Shown piece after piece: positions 35,375 to 37,006 of a stretch of DNA of 37,006 nucleotides (positions are counted from its first letter, which is position 1; each line of letters opens with the position of its first letter). The stretch is from a virus (Duplodnaviria > Caudoviricetes). Where the stretch lies: IMG/VR virus record IMGVR_UViG_3300030372_002858, positions 1 through 37,006 of that record. One strand, 5' to 3'. Below the pieces are notes generated by a model that saw only the letters and a list, made by a program, of their open reading frames with translations, had not been told where the DNA came from and did not search any database. A program made the translations under genes and the position numbers.

Positions 35375-35626
35375 TTAGGCGTTAGGGTTGGCACGCAAAA
35401 AGGCATCTTGGATCGAGCCATGCGTGATTTCGTAACAAACGTGTTCGGCATCCTTAGCGCTCATGTCTAAAACTGCGCTGGATAGCTCAATTAATTGCTC
35501 AACGGTCTCGGAGTATTGCAACGGGCTTTTGAGTTTACCCTTGCGAGTTTTTGGCGCTTGTTCGTATTCGCTGGCACATATCCTTTTGAGCCGCGCTTGA
35601 ATCATATCGTAGACTTGGTTGTTCAT
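35375..35626 (-). CDS. Hypothetical protein, first gene of the early operon
   Basis: AAAGGA RBS; downstream of the promoter at 35714. Confidence 0.75.
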   Translation of the reverse strand: MNNQVYDMIQARLKRICASEYEQAPKTRKGKLKSPLQYSETVEQLIELSSAVLDMSAKDAEHVCYEITHGSIQDAFLRANPNA

Positions 35627-35686
35627 TGGTTCTTATCCTTTCGTTTGAGTTAGATTTTTGAAGGCTTACCTTCGTGGATAATTCCG

Positions 35687-35714
35687 AATGTAGCTTTGTG
35701 TTGTCGTATGTCAA
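35687..35714 (-). promoter_or_regulatory. Early promoter
   Basis: TTGACA-16nt-TACATT on the - strand, with upstream A/T tracts; the spacer holds GACAAC-N3-AAGCTAC. Confidence 0.7.
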
Positions 35715-35749
35715 GCTTTACCGAAAAAAAAGTTTTGTGCGAGCAAATC

Positions 35750-35991
35750 AAATCGCCCGCAAGCCCGCATAAATCCAAGCAAGCAAGCCCGTAAAAAAAA
35801 ATGAAAAAAAAATTGTGCGAGCAAACCGGGCAAACAATTTAAAGCGAAACCATGCAAGCTTGCCAGCCAGGCCAGCCAGTCTGCCTGGCCAGCCCGCAAA
35901 CCATGCCATGCAATGCAATCAATGCCTAGCAAGCCCAGTAATCCCAGTAAGCACGCAAGCAACCAGTGCAAGCCCGTATTAGCCCGCAAGC
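35750..35991 (+). repeat. Low-complexity GCAAGC/GCCAGC/GCCCGCAA repeat tract
   Basis: Dense short degenerate repeats in non-coding DNA. Confidence 0.7.
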
Positions 35992-36158
35992 TTCTCTTTC
36001 CCGCCTATCTCGCTCCATTTCTCCCCTATTTCGCAATAATTCTTTCCCGTTGTACACGCGCATACAAGACGGCATCGATCCGGATGACCGCTCCCTTGTA
36101 TGCGCGCGTACAAGACGGAACGAAAAACTACAGCCAAAATATGTCAAAAAAACGGACT

Positions 36159-36401
36159 CGAAAACGTGCCGAATCGAAACCGAAAATCCAGGGCGAGCGA
36201 GTCCGAAAATCCGACGTTCTCGATGCTCGAAAAATCCGGCCGATCGAGTTGCGAAAATTGCCATCCTGGCGACGTGCAAATTGAGCAAGCAAGCAACGCG
36301 AAAATCGGTTGCATGGTGACGTGCAAAATGAGGGTGACCAGGTCGCGAAAATTGCCAGCCTGGTTACTCGCAAAGCAACGTTGACCAGGTCAGCGCAAAA
36401 C
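36159..36401 (+). repeat. Periodic array of CGAAAAT/GCAAA boxes, period 22-25 bp
   Basis: Boxes at 36159, 36181, 36204, 36228, 36252, 36276, 36299, 36323, 36346, 36370 and 36395. Confidence 0.7.
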
Positions 36402-36483
36402 GGGCTTATCGATAATCGATTATCATTTATCCATTTCGCAATCCAGTAGCAAAAAAACAGTACGTATGCGTACTAATTTATAA

Positions 36484-36547
36484 GCCTGCAAATCCGCCCG
36501 CAAATCCGCCTGCAATCCGCCTGCAATCCGCCCGCAAATCCGCCTGC
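36484..36547 (+). repeat. Tandem repeat GCC(T/C)GCAA(A)TCC x5
   Basis: Five 11-12-bp units; further copies near 36588 and 36631. Confidence 0.9.
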
Positions 36548-36840
36548 CTGGTTTGCGATCCAGCCCGCACCAGGCAGCCCATTACAAGCCCGCAAATCCG
36601 CCCTCATCAACCCAGCGTTCGTCACACATAGCCTGCAATCCGCTAGAACTAGCGAGCGAACGGGAGTCTACGAATCTCCCGACCCGCAAATTGACCCGCA
36701 TTCTCCGGACTAAGAACGCAGGCGCATTAACTGACCCGCGCATTAGCTACACGCGGGTCAAAGGGGGGGCGGGGGTGCGCCCTCGCGACGCGCGCGTTTT
36801 ATTATTATAATAACCCCCGCCACTACTTTTTTCGCAGTAT

Positions 36841-37006
36841 TGCCCCCATGTTTGCGTACCTCCGTGCAGCATTGCCCCCACGTTGCGGGCTTCCGCGCCC
36901 CCACGCTTGCGTGTTCTATGGGGTTTTCGATGGAGTAATAAGGAGTACCCCCTTATTGTTCGGTTGCTTTTTCACCCTCTTGTGCATCCGCGCTCCCACG
37001 CTTGCG
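36841..37006 (+). repeat. Terminal direct repeat, right copy
   Basis: 164/166 identical to 1-166. Confidence 0.97.

Larger units (their letters stand above)
1..37006. mobile_element. Complete temperate tailed phage genome (podovirus-like: portal, adaptor, nozzle, ejection proteins; no tape measure or tail tube)
   Basis: Terminal direct repeat; TerL, portal, scaffold and MCP in canonical order; integrase next to a tRNA fragment; DnaB/SSB replication block; no host housekeeping genes. Confidence 0.95.

Noticed and set aside
36134-36610. CRISPR or mini-CRISPR array
   Set aside because: Repeats are only 5-12 bp, either degenerate or directly tandem; there are no 25-45-bp identical repeats with unique spacers and no cas genes
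35711-36810. Track ORFs in the terminal region (e.g. 35913..36284, 35926..36288, 36553..36810)
   Set aside because: Open in many frames because of low-complexity repeats; no RBS and the composition is not protein-like

Overview
The whole window reads as one complete, probably temperate, podovirus-like tailed phage genome of 36,840 bp plus a 166-bp terminal direct repeat (1-166 vs 36841-37006, 2 mismatches). Gene order: a leftward block (HNH nuclease, probable small terminase); a rightward methyltransferase block, in which a C5-cytosine MTase is split over two fully overlapping reading frames; terminase large subunit, portal, scaffold and major capsid; adaptor, LamG protein and a cluster of small membrane proteins with no recognisable endolysin; nozzle and three ejection proteins; a 5'-half tRNA-Lys(CTT) that is the likely attP, followed by a tyrosine integrase; a ribbon-helix-helix (RHH) regulator; SSB, RecE-like, RuvC-like, initiator and DnaB replication genes; a leftward operon of small early genes including an acidic Ocr-like candidate; and about 1.3 kb of non-coding DNA with periodic repeats next to the terminus. 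Two recurrent intergenic motifs (CTAC boxes at 10-bp period and a TAAGG-N7-CCTTA dyad) and a strong excess of GCAAGC are visible. All protein calls come from motifs and synteny read by eye, with no database search. The host cannot be named from the sequence alone.
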